The position numbers were made by a program, and so were the translations under genes. The notes beneath the pieces are model-generated. The model was not told the origin of the DNA. It ran no database searches and saw only the letters and a program-made list of their open reading frames with translations. A stretch of DNA of 64,000 bases, from assembly GCA_964247055.1 (NCBI GenBank), contig OZ176059.1, positions 2,666,001 through 2,730,000 on the forward strand. The letters are read 5' to 3'. Origin of the DNA: Paragordius varius. Its lineage: Eukaryota; Animalia; Nematomorpha. Below are positions 27,301-38,600 of the stretch, in pieces (within the stretch, counting starts at the first letter, position 1; each line of letters starts with the position of its first letter).

Positions 27301-29859
27301 ATTGAGCATAAACACTAAATTACTTTACTCAGATATTGAAAAAAAAGGTAGGTATAAAACAAAGTAAAAAATGGTAAACTTGTTGCGTTTCAGGCAAATC
27401 TTTGGATGGTTTTCGTATGGCCCGGGACGAAGTTTCTCGCCTACCACTCGCGTCCACGGCTCCAGTCAAAAAATTTGAACCCGCCATCGTCCCATAATAA
27501 TCATAATGATGGTAATCAGATGGATATACGTTATCCGCCCCCACCACGGGTACAAACGTATTGGGTGTTGTGGTGTCGGCTTGCCGTTTAACACCACGTT
27601 TCTAATATTGTAGCGTAATATAATAAATAGCATTTGGTGTACATTTTTTGGGGGAGGGTTTACAAAAAGATGTAATGGTAACGAGCGTATGCAAAAGGGT
27701 AAATCAATTGTTTTTTACCATGGTTAAAATTAGATTAGGCAAAATAAATTAATAATAAAAAAAATTGCAAAAATAAAGTAAAAATGAGTAAATCTATCAA
27801 CATAAGCGCTAAGTTACAATAAACGAAAACTTACTTTAGCGTTCAAGTTACATTTTATTTTTTTGCAAGACAAATCAACTATGTTTCTTTAGTGCCGCTT
27901 TAAAAAGGCAATAAAGGTTTATAATAGTTAAAATTTTATATTTATTAATAAATATAAAATTAAAATGAAATGAAGACATAGAAATATTATCGCAAAATTA
28001 CAGGTTTTTTATATTTTTTAACAATGTTAAGAGCAGAAAAAAGTTGGTAATAGCTACATTTTAATATCATAAAGATTTCAAATTCATTCAAAATTATGTC
28101 AGAAACCTAATATTGACATTTTTCATTTAGACATGAAAAATGAATTAACAATTTGGACAAAGCTTTGAAAACTTCTATAAGTAAACAAAAAACTATCAAT
28201 AAAATTATTTAAAATATTTTCGCTAATCGCCAAAAAATTTAATGCCAAATTGTAAATTAAAATTTTTTAATGCTTTTATGAAGTCTAAAATTTAAAATTG
28301 ATCAATAATAAAATAATTACCACAAATCAGATAATGCACCAAAAGAGGCAAGCTACTTGCATGTTAATTTTAATACACAATTTGACTATTATTTAAATAA
28401 TAAAAAAAACTCAAAAGGCGAAAAGCCCGTATCACTCAACAGGCGTTTTATATAACTACTCAGAAAGCGATTGCTTATATAATTTTAAAAAATGTCGCAA
28501 AATGTAATTTTTTAAAAACCGGGATGTAATGAAATAAAATATACCGTATAATGTAGAAATATTTTTAGGGATAAAACACATTTTTAAAATTAGTTGTATA
28601 TATTTAAAACCTAATGAAAACGGGTTTTGGCGCACACAAATGTTACAAAATATATATATATTATACCTGTTGTTTTTTCATGTTAAGTTTAGAATTTAGA
28701 TTAGAATGTGGAATAGTGTTGGATAAATGTTCAGATTTTACCATAGATGACGGGAATAGAGTATTCTCATTCGATGATAAAGGCAAATTCGAATTAGTAC
28801 TATCAACAACCATTTCACTTGCGTTTAAGTTTTTTTGATGAATTTGGTGCCTAGAATCGGGAAAACCAGGTGTATCAGCAGAATCAAAACCAAGATTAGT
28901 ATTAATTTGTTGTTGGGAAGTGGTCGATGTTGAGTCATCATTACTATCGTCTGCGCCATGGGAAATCGTCTGCCCGATCAAATCGGTAGCAACTAAGTTA
29001 TTACTTCCTGGAATAATGGAATGATTAAGATTTGATGAAGATGGTATGTATGATGGATCCTTATCTAGTTTATTAATATATGCAAGGTATATAAAATATT
29101 TATGTATTATATTTAGAATAAAAGGCACTCTTAAAAAATAAAAAAACTAACTTTTTGGAACAGTTTTGACTTTTTTTGCTTTATTCTTGGATTTGCTCGA
29201 TGAAAGAATTTCAACTTCATCAGTCGGCATCGCTGCAAGTTTGGCTTGATAAGTTTTTTCGACTGCTTGAGCCATGAGGACAACATCCTCACCCGGTTTG
29301 TTATAGATATAACAATTTGTAAAAACGGTATTAATGTCATTCAAACATTCCTGTGAAGTATAATAATAATGATTTTCCAAACGTTTTTTGATTGTACCAA
29401 AATCCATGGGATTTTTTATAATTTTATGATAATCCTATAAGATATATACAAAAAATTATACAGGTAAATTTAATGCAACAGCGTCGACTGGTTTTTGAAA
29501 AGGCCAAGAAAAATGATGTTTCCAAATAGCAGGAATAACTTGCTTAAGAATATAATTTAATTGGTTGGTAGATCTTCCTTTATTGGGAATATCTGGTTTA
29601 ACAGGAGGTTGGACTACTCCAGGCCGTATCATATAGGGCTATAAATATAATTTAAACCATACATTTTTGACCGAAACAATATCCTCATCAATTTTTAGCA
29701 CATCCATGTCCTCATTATCTCTATATAACACAAATTAAAGTTTTAACCCGAAAATAAGAAAAATCAATTTTATATCAAATTATTCACTTACGCATTAGTT
29801 TCAACATCTTTTGACGTTTGCTCAAAATTCTCTATATTATGATTCACCGTGTTTTCCAT
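12332..29859 (-). CDS. BRD4: BET family bromodomain protein, long isoform (BRD4/fs(1)h-L-like), 25 exons, 5529 nt, ~1842 aa
   Basis: Exons in transcript order: 29792-29859, 29663-29720, 29462-29638, 29152-29434, 28667-29064, 27380-27601, 26829-26909, 26147-26248, 25330-25458, 24126-24602, 23520-23751, 22263-22352, 20024-20528, 19672-19751, 18817-18981, 18264-18434, 17316-17717, 16048-16959, 15508-15574, 15260-15371, 15134-15190, 14774-14877, 14375-14518, 13061-13487, 12332-12397. All are GT-AG with consistent phase. Contains BD1, motif A ([13 protein letters not shown]), BD2, ET and the C-terminal motif. Exons 1-2 and the small low-complexity exons are less certain than the domain exons. Confidence 0.93.
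13514..13793. mobile_element. MITE family A (TA|CCATTTACA...TGTAAATGG|TA; 21-bp TTGAACAATTCAAATTCACCC repeats)
   Basis: Terminal inverted repeats with flanking TA and about 4 tandem 21-mers at the left end; lies in BET intron 23. Confidence 0.85.
18264..18981 (-). other. Extra-terminal (ET) domain of the BET gene (exons 15-16)
   Basis: [20 protein letters not shown]|[54 protein letters not shown]. Confidence 0.97.
22024..22236. mobile_element. ~215-bp Tc1-like MITE (CAGTCA termini) inserted in (TA)n
   Basis: Arms of ~100 bp in inverted orientation (TAGTCATGTATTCTTTATTTT / AAAATAAAGGATCCCTGACTG|TA). Homologous to the element split at 42985-45687. Confidence 0.8.
22625..22904. mobile_element. 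MITE family A copy
   Basis: TA|CCATTTACAATTCAAATTCATCC start, 21-bp repeats, the shared internal segment CTAATATAACTCAT, and a degenerate right TIR. Confidence 0.75.
25090..25290. mobile_element. Small inverted-repeat element (MITE-like), also present at ~61640-61840
   Basis: AAATGAAAAAAATGATTAGCAC pairs with GTGCTAATCATTTTTATC. The string TTTTCCGTGATAATCATTTA is shared with the 61.8 kb copy. Boundaries are approximate. Confidence 0.45.
25612..25880. mobile_element. MITE family A copy (degenerate)
   Basis: CCCTTGAACAATTCAAATTTACC repeats on the left and inverted GGGTAAATTTGAATTGTTTGAGGGTGAATTT on the right. Confidence 0.65.
26386..26743. mobile_element. MITE family A copy (both 21-bp arrays preserved)
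   Basis: TA|CCATTTACAATTCAA at 26384 and AACTGTAAATGG|TA ending at 26745, with inverted 21-bp arrays at both ends. Confidence 0.88.
29152..29638 (-). other. Bromodomain 1 of the BET gene (exons 3-4)
   Basis: [39 protein letters not shown]|[21 protein letters not shown]...[17 protein letters not shown], with the WPF shelf and the conserved acetyl-lysine-binding Asn. Confidence 0.97.
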
Positions 29860-29962
29860 TTTAAATTCCTTGATATCTTATTTATTTCTCAAAAAGGCTA
29901 ATTAAAGCACGGCACAAAAAAGTTCAGATGCAAATTAGCCATCGTATCATATCATTTGAAAA

Positions 29963-29993
29963 AATGGCGGAAGGTAAAAAATACATGGCGGCC
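29963..29993. promoter_or_regulatory. Twin YY1/Pho-type motifs (AAAATGGCGG, ACATGGCGGCC) upstream of the BET start codon
   Basis: Two ATGGCGG cores within ~25 bp in very AT-rich DNA, 105-130 bp upstream of the ATG at 29859. The match is to the known YY1 consensus; binding is not shown. Confidence 0.5.
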
Positions 29994-30682
29994 TTAGCGT
30001 CCTATAAATTTTAATTTTACCTTTAGCCGCCCAAATAAATTTTAGCTGCCAACTATTAATACATTTTAAAAGAATGTTAAATAATTATTATATTTCTTAC
30101 ATTTGGTTGCATTATATTTTTAGTTAAAATTGCATTGTAAAATATAAAAAAAGTAGTTGTTTATATATTGAAATATTTACACAAGGTATGCTGAACCTTA
30201 ACGCGTAAATTAATGTTGTATAAATTTATCAAAAATTATGGCAAGCTAAAATCTTAATTTCTATGTGAAATGTTAATTTTTAAAAAAATAAAAATTCACC
30301 GCAGTGATAATGAATATTAATCTTAGCATTAAAATTTTTTTTTATTTTTTTAGCTTTTATATTTTATTATATCTGTGGAATATTATTGTAGAAATTTTAA
30401 TAAATATATATTTTATTTTTTCATTTTTTGTCCTATACATTTGGTGTAGATATATCCTAGGGTTAAATTTGTAAATATTTTGAGGGTTATATTAGCTAAA
30501 ATTTAATTATCAAACATTGTGGTGTATAAAAAAACTTATATCTTTACAGTTTTGTGCCTTCCAGAGTCTAAAATTAGAACAGACTAAAAACAGGCTTGAC
30601 CAACAGAGATATTTAAATTATAATATATTAAGTAGGGAAATGAAGGGTGAAAGCGTTTTCAAATTAATTATTTACATTTTAA

Positions 30683-31264
30683 CACTTGGATACAACACAT
30701 TCATTTTAGTCCTTCGATTCAAATTGGGGCAGTTAAATACCCCAGGCCTGTTTAAAATTAAATTCTTTAAAAAATATGGAAGGAATCGAAACCATTGCAA
30801 AATTTTGCACTTATATAACATTAATAAACCGAAATATATCAAAAGTTTTATTCAAAAATACTTGACATTACTTATTTTAAGCTAAAAGCGAGAGGTAAAA
30901 ATTTAGTCAAAGTGACATCTGGGCAATGGTAAAATTAAAAAATAATACAAAATAAACGGCTTTTTCTATTTCTATCAATGATATATGTAATTTAAATAAA
31001 ATATTAGCTATAATTTTACCCTTAAATCTAAATGATGATATTTTGCAAAAATATTTTATAATAAAAATGGCGTCGAGGTAGTTAGTTTGAGATGGAACTT
31101 TTTTTTTCAATAAAATTTTATATAGATATTTTGGCATATTTATGTAATTTTTATTAGAAGAGAAGCATAAATTTAAATTGGGACCGTTTCATTCAGTAGT
31201 TTTTTAAAAATATTAATTTAAATTTAGTCTGGGGTATTTAGATACCCCAATTTGAATCGAAGTG
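30683..31264. mobile_element. TTAA-flanked piggyBac-like MITE, copy 1 of 3
   Basis: TTAA|CACTT...AAGTG|TTAA, with a subterminal TTCGATTCAAATTGGGG inverted repeat at asymmetric spacing. Confidence 0.7.
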
Positions 31265-31306
31265 TTAACCATGATATACATTTACCGGTTGCTTATAGGA
31301 TATTAA

Positions 31307-31853
31307 CACTTGGATACAACACAATTTTTAGGCCTTCGATTTAAATTGGGGTAGTTGGACCCCAGGCCTGTTTAAAATTAAATAATTTTTAAATTTATGC
31401 AAGGAATAGATACATGGCAAAATTTAGCAATTATATAACATTAATAAACCGGAATATATTAAAAACTTTTTTCAAAAAAACTCTTATTTTAAAAAACCCA
31501 AAGGTAAAAATTTAGTCAACGTGACATATGTTCATTGGCTAAATTGAAAATTAATACAAAATAAGCCATTTTTTTATTAATATCAGTGTTAGACGTGATT
31601 TAAATTTAGCTTTAACTTTAACTTGAAAAATAAATGAACACGATATTTGTAAAAATTATCAAAATAAAAATGGCGTCGAAGTAGTTTGACATGGAACTTT
31701 TCTTTTAAAACAAATTAAGATATCTTCGCTTATTTATATAATTTTTATTGGGATAGAAGCATAAATTTTAATTAGGAGTTCTTTAGTAGTTTTTTAAAAT
31801 TTTAAATTTAATTTGATCTGGGGTATTTAGATACCTCAAATTGAATCGAAGTG
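31307..31853. mobile_element. TTAA-flanked piggyBac-like MITE, copy 2 of 3
   Basis: Same termini and internal sequence as copy 1. Confidence 0.7.
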
Positions 31854-31948
31854 TTAAAAAAGAAAATATGGGAAATAAGTATTTTACGAATCAAAATTTC
31901 TTGAAAAGAAATTGTATAATACGCCTAAAAGAATTATATTTAATTTAA

Positions 31949-32462
31949 CACTTGGTTACATCGCATCATTTCAGTCCTTCGATTCGAAATGGGGTTAGAT
32001 AACCCAGGCTTGTTTAAAATTAAAAATTTTAAATATGGAATCAATTGAAACAATTACAAAAGTTTGCACTTATTTAACATTACTTAACCTAATATAACAT
32101 AAAATTTCAAAAATATTTGATGAAACTTATTCAAGGCAAAACCCAAAAGTTATTTGCCAACATGACAGTATATGTTAAATGTAAAAACATGCAAAATATA
32201 CGACTTTTTCTGTTTATATCAATGTTAAATGTGATATAAAAAAAGTAACTTAATTTTAAGTTTAGAACCAAAAACACGATATTTGCAAAATTTAAAATAG
32301 AAATGACCTCCAAGTAGTTTGATCCGGAACTTTTTTTCTAAAACTAAATTTTTGATATTTTGGTTTATTTATATAATTATTAGGATAGAAGCATAAATTT
32401 AAATAGGAACCGTTTCTTTCAGTAGTTTTTGAATAATTCAACCCCCAATTCGAATCGAAGTG
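31949..32462. mobile_element. TTAA-flanked piggyBac-like MITE, copy 3 of 3
   Basis: Same termini; more diverged, with an internal deletion near the right end. Confidence 0.65.
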
Positions 32463-33925
32463 TTAATACATTTAATACTTTAAGATATTCAAATTTAAAT
32501 GGCTTATATAAAACTACCACAAATGGTAATGAAGTACATCCAAAATTTAAAAAATTTTATTTTTTAAAATTTAATACAACCGTTCATACTATTTTACATA
32601 ATGGGCACGGTTTAAAAACGCTATAAAATTAAAAAATAACCTTCGGTTGCTTAAAATTTTGGCTTTATGGATAAAACAGGTTCTTTGCGTTCAAAATTGG
32701 GCGATATAAACAAAACTGATTAAATATATGTATGATAAAATATATCCTATCATGGTGCTTTGGTTTTGGAGCTGATGAGTGAGATAATAAAGTTATTTAC
32801 ACGTCTGTGATAGGTGCTCAATATCAGTGGCAAAATTGAGGCACATTTTTTTAAATATGGTGAAAAAAAACCTCATTTCAAAAATTATCACTATAATATA
32901 TTATAAACTACATATAAAAAGCAAAACATAGATGTGGGCTCCGAAAACACATTTTTCACTCTAATATGGGCTGGTTTCTTTTGAATAAACAGGAATGTCG
33001 AGATTGCGTGATTAAATTTTGTAGCAACCAAAAATATTTTTAAAAAATGCATATTTTTTTAAATTTAATTTTTAGAAAAATTTGGTGAAACTAACTTTAT
33101 ACTATTTTTAGCATGATAACGGTTATAAAGGCTTCTCGAGATTATAAAAACACTTTTTCAATACAATTTATTAATGCTGAACATTATCACCCTAGAAATA
33201 TAATATTAAGGTTCATTGCTTTAATTTTAATAAATTTGTGTGAAAACTCAATTTATATTTCACATTTATTCGAAAACGAACCTATATTTTAATCATTTTT
33301 GAGGTGATCAAAATTTTCAGCAGTATTGAATTATATAAAATTGTATTATAATATATTAATGCATATTTATACCGTTTCCATCATGCCTCAAAAAATTATA
33401 AGTACGTTTCAAAATATTTTGTTAAATTAATTATAGAAAAATATACATTTTTATAAAAATATTGTTTTGCTATATTTTTAGGAATAATGTCTTTAGATTT
33501 CACCAAAAAAAATTATTAAAAAAATGTGCGCAAATTTTACCATTCGTCTGTGTATAATTGGACCTAATGTAAACGGAGAAATTTATTGTATAGCAAAAAT
33601 ACACGTTTGTTTGACCATATATCAAAAAATATATATATCAATATAGTATAGGTATAAATGTATTTAAATTTATAAATGTAAGGTGTTTGCAACTCTACAA
33701 ACAATATATTATAGTTGGTTGCGACGGTATTCTCAATATAATAATGCATAAAACGTTCATGCAAAAGAGGTAATCTCTTTAGGAACGATGTGGTAATAAA
33801 TGTTAGTTAGTACTATAACAGTCTGATATGACGAACTTACCACTAAAGTGTAAATAACTTTATTAAATCTCGTAAAAGCCACAACCAAACGCACCATGAT
33901 AATCTTGTTATATTTTTCTATCAAA

Positions 33926-33929
<4 letters not shown>

Positions 33930-33986
<57 letters not shown>
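33930..33986. repeat. (TA)n microsatellite, ~28 units
   Basis: Directly visible. Shorter (TA)n tracts occur at ~14980, 22237, 26100, 46633, 49187, 61845, 62142 and 62438. Confidence 0.95.
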
Positions 33987-33988
<2 letters not shown>

Positions 33989-35339
33989 TATATTCCTAGT
34001 TATTTTTGTCGACACTGTATAAAATAATTTGGAGACGACCAAATAATTAAATTACATTTTGTGATTGTAACGTTCAGCATCATCGAGTTATAGAAAAGTT
34101 TTTTAATATCTTAAAACGTTTTTATACCGTTTCCTTATGCCTCAAAATGGTTAGAAGAACGCTTTAACTAAATTTTTCACAAATAAAAAGTATGAATTTT
34201 AAAAATATTTTTAGTTAATTACAATTAGAATATTAAAATTTTTATCGCTCAATCTTGGTATTTTTGGGTTTATTTTAAGAGAACTAGCCTATATTAGAAG
34301 AGTGAAAAAAATTGGGGCTTTTGGAGTCCACCTATAAAAATTAAAATTTTTTATAAATATTGATTTCTTTTTATACGTAGTTTATGATATTATATCGATA
34401 TTTTTTAAAATAAAGCCTTTAGCTTTCACAAAAAAAATATTAAACAAAATGTGTGCAAAGTTGCCATTTTCGTGGAGCATTTACCACAAAAGAAATTTTT
34501 CATTTGTTTATTTAATTTAGTAACCCAAAGGATTTTGACACATTCTATCAGAATATATATTCATCAGTTTGCTGACATTGTGTTATTATGCGATAAAATA
34601 TTTTCTAAAAATGTAAAAAAATATCCCCCCATTTTGTGTAATTAAGTCAACTACCGATAAGATGAATGAATTCTATGCAATAAATTATGTTGTGACCGCA
34701 TTATATATTTTTAATGGTGCATGCTTAATTGAATTTAATAACTTTTTCTTTTAGGGCAGTTCAGTATCCCATAGCGATATTATTTGAATTTAAAAAAGTA
34801 TTTAAAATATTGGGCCATATGCAAGCATTATTAAACCTTTAAGCATGATGATAAACTAAATTAAAAAATTTAAAATTGTATAAAAACATCTTCTCTTGTT
34901 TTTGCCCCTATTTTTTCTTTTACCTTTGTATAATCGTTAGTACCACAAGCTAAATGTCTATAATTTACTTCAGCAAAATTTAAGTATTATAATAGGTTAC
35001 ACTCGTTTTGATTAATTAAAATTTAAAGGTTTGAAAATTGTAATAAATAAATTTATTATAAAAAGATATAGATTATATACGCTGCGCATAAAATCGGCCT
35101 ACAAAAAACATCCGGATGAAATATATAGGGCATAAAAATATCATGTTTTAAAAATGTTTGCGACAGCTCTTCATTCCAAAAGATATAACTATAATATCAT
35201 AAACTACATAGAAAAAGCAATACAATAAATTTATGAAAAATTTAATTTTGGATGGCTCCGAAAGTTTCAAATATTTGAACGCGTCTAAAATGGGCAAGTT
35301 CTTTTATAATAAAGGCGAAATGGCTGATTGGGCGAAAAT

Positions 35340-38300
35340 TTTGATGATGATGGATATTCCTTAGTTTGGTACAACTGTGGCAGTTGAGACATTAGACCAT
35401 AGCATTCTGTAGTGATATATATGTGCAAGTTCATGGATTGAATGTGCTGTAATTTTTTTAATCTGACATAAGCATCGTTGCTTAGGCCTACGTTTCCAAG
35501 CCTCTTCACCTGGGCCCATGGTCGCTTTTTCTAAGATATCGGCTCCCATCAAATGTCCAAAAAATCTGAGTTGGAAGATATAAATTTTCTGAAGTAGAGT
35601 TTGTTTGGGTTAACATGTTGTAAAATTTTATCATTTGTTATCTTTTGTTCCCGTTGTATACCGACCGGAATAGGTCCATAACTCGAATGATTTTATTTTT
35701 GCAATCGGTTTTCGTATTCTAGGACTCACTATCGTGCATTACTGGAAAAAATATTAATTCTATTACATGCTTTTTGGCGGATTAAGAAATTTTTTGTTTA
35801 AAAATGGATTTAAGTTTTCTCATTTTTTTCCGTTGCAACTCTCCTGGTAATGTTGGTTGTAGAGGTGTCATTTATATAAATAATTATTACGAAATAAGTT
35901 ATGTTGTTCCTCAGTTGTAGTGTTAAATTGGCTGTATTTTTCATACATAGCGTTTTATTTGGCTTAATTTTTAGCCCGCACTTAATGCTTTCATGTTCGA
36001 TTGTTTTTGAGACTTTTTTTGTGTCGGTAAGATATGTTGTGTTGTATCGCCGGAGAATGCAAGTTTTAGATGGTCTAACCTTTAATTTTAATCCCTGCTG
36101 AGTCATCTTCTATTAAGTTAAATAACAAAGGTGATCGTGTACAGCGTTGTCTGATACCCATTTCATTGTTTGGCTGGTACCTGCTGAATTCCGTCTCCTA
36201 TAACTGCTTTTTAATTTATGTAAAGATTGTTAAGTAGTTATGATGTGTGGTGAAAATCCTCCCTTTATTAATAACTAGCGTGAATCTCGTGCTGCTACGC
36301 AACCCGAGGATGTCCTTCGGACTTCTGGGGGGGGGGGGGGAGGGGGGGTTCGAAGTTTGGATTTGAATGGGTCTACCGGTTTTCCTGTACCAGATAGCAA
36401 AGCCAGCATTTTCCATTTTTATAAATATATAGATTACCATAAATAATGTATTAATATCCATATATCTTTTAACATGCTATACATATGATAGATACTCCTT
36501 ACTCAGCAGCTATCATCAAAGAAACGCCTGACTAAAATTTTTGCCTTTTAACAGGCATTACGAAAAATCCTTCTCGAATTTTTACAGTCTCATACCTTGC
36601 GCAAAAAAATACAATCAAAAAAATATTTTTATGGACTTTGTTTTTTTTTGAAAAAAAATGGCATTTTACGGGGGGAGCGGGTAAAAAGAGGGCCTAAATC
36701 AAAAAAGTGACTCGACTATGTTCGGCGCAATCGAAAATAAGTAAACAAAAATCATATTTGAAATTGAATGGTCCAACACGTTCTCCAAAAAATTGACTTA
36801 ACCCATTTTTCACACGGGGTGGGCCCAAACTGGGGACCTAATTCCAAAAAAGGGCGAAGCTATTGTCGGGGCATTCATTAATTTGGGTCTACTGGCTTTC
36901 CTGTACCAGATCACAAAGCCAGCATTTTCCATTTTTATAAATATATAGATAACCATAAATAATGTATTAATATCCATATATCTTTTAACATGCTATACAT
37001 ATGATAGATACTCCTTACTCCAGCATCTATCATCAAAGAAACGCTTGACTAAAATTTTTGCCTTTTAACAGGCAATACGAAAAATCTTTCTCGAATTTTT
37101 ACAGTCTCATACCGTGGGCAAAAAAATACAATCAAAAAAATATTTTTGTGGACTCTGTTTTTTTTGAAAAAAATGGCATTTTACGGGGGGAGCGGGTAAA
37201 AAGAGGGCCTAAATCAAAAAAGTGAGTCGACTATGTTCGGCGCAATCGAAAATAAGTAAACAAAAATCATATTTGAAATTGAATGGTCCAAAACGTTCTC
37301 CAAAAAATTGAGTTAACCCATTTTTCATACGGGGTGGGCCCAAACTGGGGACCTAATTCCAAAAAAGGGCGAAGCTATTGTCGGGGCATTCATTAATGAT
37401 TAAATTTTTTCGATGTTTGGATTTGATTGGGTTCACCGGTTTTCCGGAAACAGATCACAAAGTTATATGAAAAATCAGTTTTTAGCGGGTAGCTCCTTAC
37501 CCAGCAGCTATCATCAAATAAACGGTAGACTAAAATTTTTGCCTTTTAACAGGGAATACGTGGAATCTTTATTGAATTTTTACGGTCTCATACCTAGGGC
37601 GAAAAATCGATTTAAAAAATTATTTTTGTGGACTTTGTTTTTTGAAAAAGGTGGCATTTTACGGGGGGAGCGGGTAAAAAGAGGGCCTAAATCAAAAAAG
37701 TGGCTCGGCTATGTTCAGCGCAATCGAAAATAAGTAAACAAAAATCATATTTAAAATTGAATGGTCCAACACGTTCTCCGGAAAATTGTCTCAAAGACAC
37801 GATTTTTGTGGACTTCTGTTTTCAAAAAAAACCCGTTTTTCATACGGGGTGGGCTTGAACTGGGGGCCTATTTCAAAAAAAGGGCGAAGCTATTGTCGGG
37901 ACATTTATTAATGATTATATTTTTTCGATATTTGGATTTGATTGGGTCTACCGGTTTTCCTGTACCAGATCACAAAGCCAGCATTTTCCATTTTTATAAA
38001 TATATAGATTCCCATAGTTCCATGGTCCACTGTATCAAATGCCTGGAGGTAGTCCAGGAAACAGATTAAAATGTTCTTGTTGCATTATTTGCGTGTTCTA
38101 TTTTGCGTCTTATTTTAGAGATGTTATTTCGATAACTTCTGTTGCATCGGAATGCTTGTTGAATAAAGTTGTGGTACCAATTCTTCATCCTCCTTTGGAT
38201 TATTTTGAGAATTATATTGTTTATGTGACAATACGGTAATATCGCAATTTAACCTTTTTTATATATTGGTATAAAGATTAAATTTAACCCAGTTTTTTGG

Positions 38301-38600
38301 CAATTTATCCAAATGGTTTGGCGTAACTTGGTTATGGTGTCAATTGCTACAAGTTTTAGGACTTCTTCCGGGATGCCGTCTATCCCTGGGTTTTTGTTGT
38401 TAGGAAGATTAGCAGGCGCGTATTTAATTTTTGCTTGAGTTATGCTAGTTACTGTTAAGTGTGGAATGATTTTTGTCGTATTTGCTTTAAATTTTGCTTC
38501 AATGTTTCCTCTATCTTGTTACAATGTTGTTTTTTGGCAGAGGCGCAGCTAGGGAATGATGCATCGGGCACCATAGTTAAAGGGGCACTGGTTTTTAAAA
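35340..38600 (-). mobile_element. Degraded RTE-type LINE interrupted by the Helitron-like element
   Basis: 38600-38010: PGIDGIPEEVLK...FLDYLQAFDTVDHG. 36200-35340: GIRQRCTRSPLLFNL, GLKIKPNKTLCM, KIKSFELWTY and a short (CAT)n tail. RT motif order is collinear across the insertion. Confidence 0.75.
36275..38008 (-). mobile_element. Non-autonomous Helitron-like element, copy 2, with ~3 tandem units of ~515-545 bp
   Basis: Minus strand 5' A|TCTATATATTTATAAAAATGG at 38008; 3' hairpin CTCGGGTTGCGTAGCAGCACGAG followed by ATTCACGCTAG|T at 36275; no TSD. The unit anchor GGGTCTAC recurs at ~36372, 36885, 37429 and 37944. Confidence 0.8.

Noticed and set aside
29152-29434. Val instead of Ile at the BD1 gatekeeper position (GEDVVLMA)
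   Set aside because: Val at this position also occurs in invertebrate BET proteins such as fs(1)h.
29965-29980. Plus-strand ATG GCG GAA G|GTAAAA as the first exon of a divergent gene
   Set aside because: No compatible downstream coding exon was found in 30-40 kb, which is all TE-derived; the motif is explained as a YY1-type site.
32780-35280. Scattered direct and inverted similarity blocks (e.g. ~32930-32990 versus ~34265-34330)
   Set aside because: Clearly old repeat debris, but termini, TSD and family could not be defined by eye. The same holds for much of 9000-12300, 53300-55200 and 62000-64000.
36327-36348. G14-A-G7 tract as a functional G-quadruplex
   Set aside because: It lies inside the Helitron-like element, homopolymer length is error-prone, and there is no independent evidence of function.
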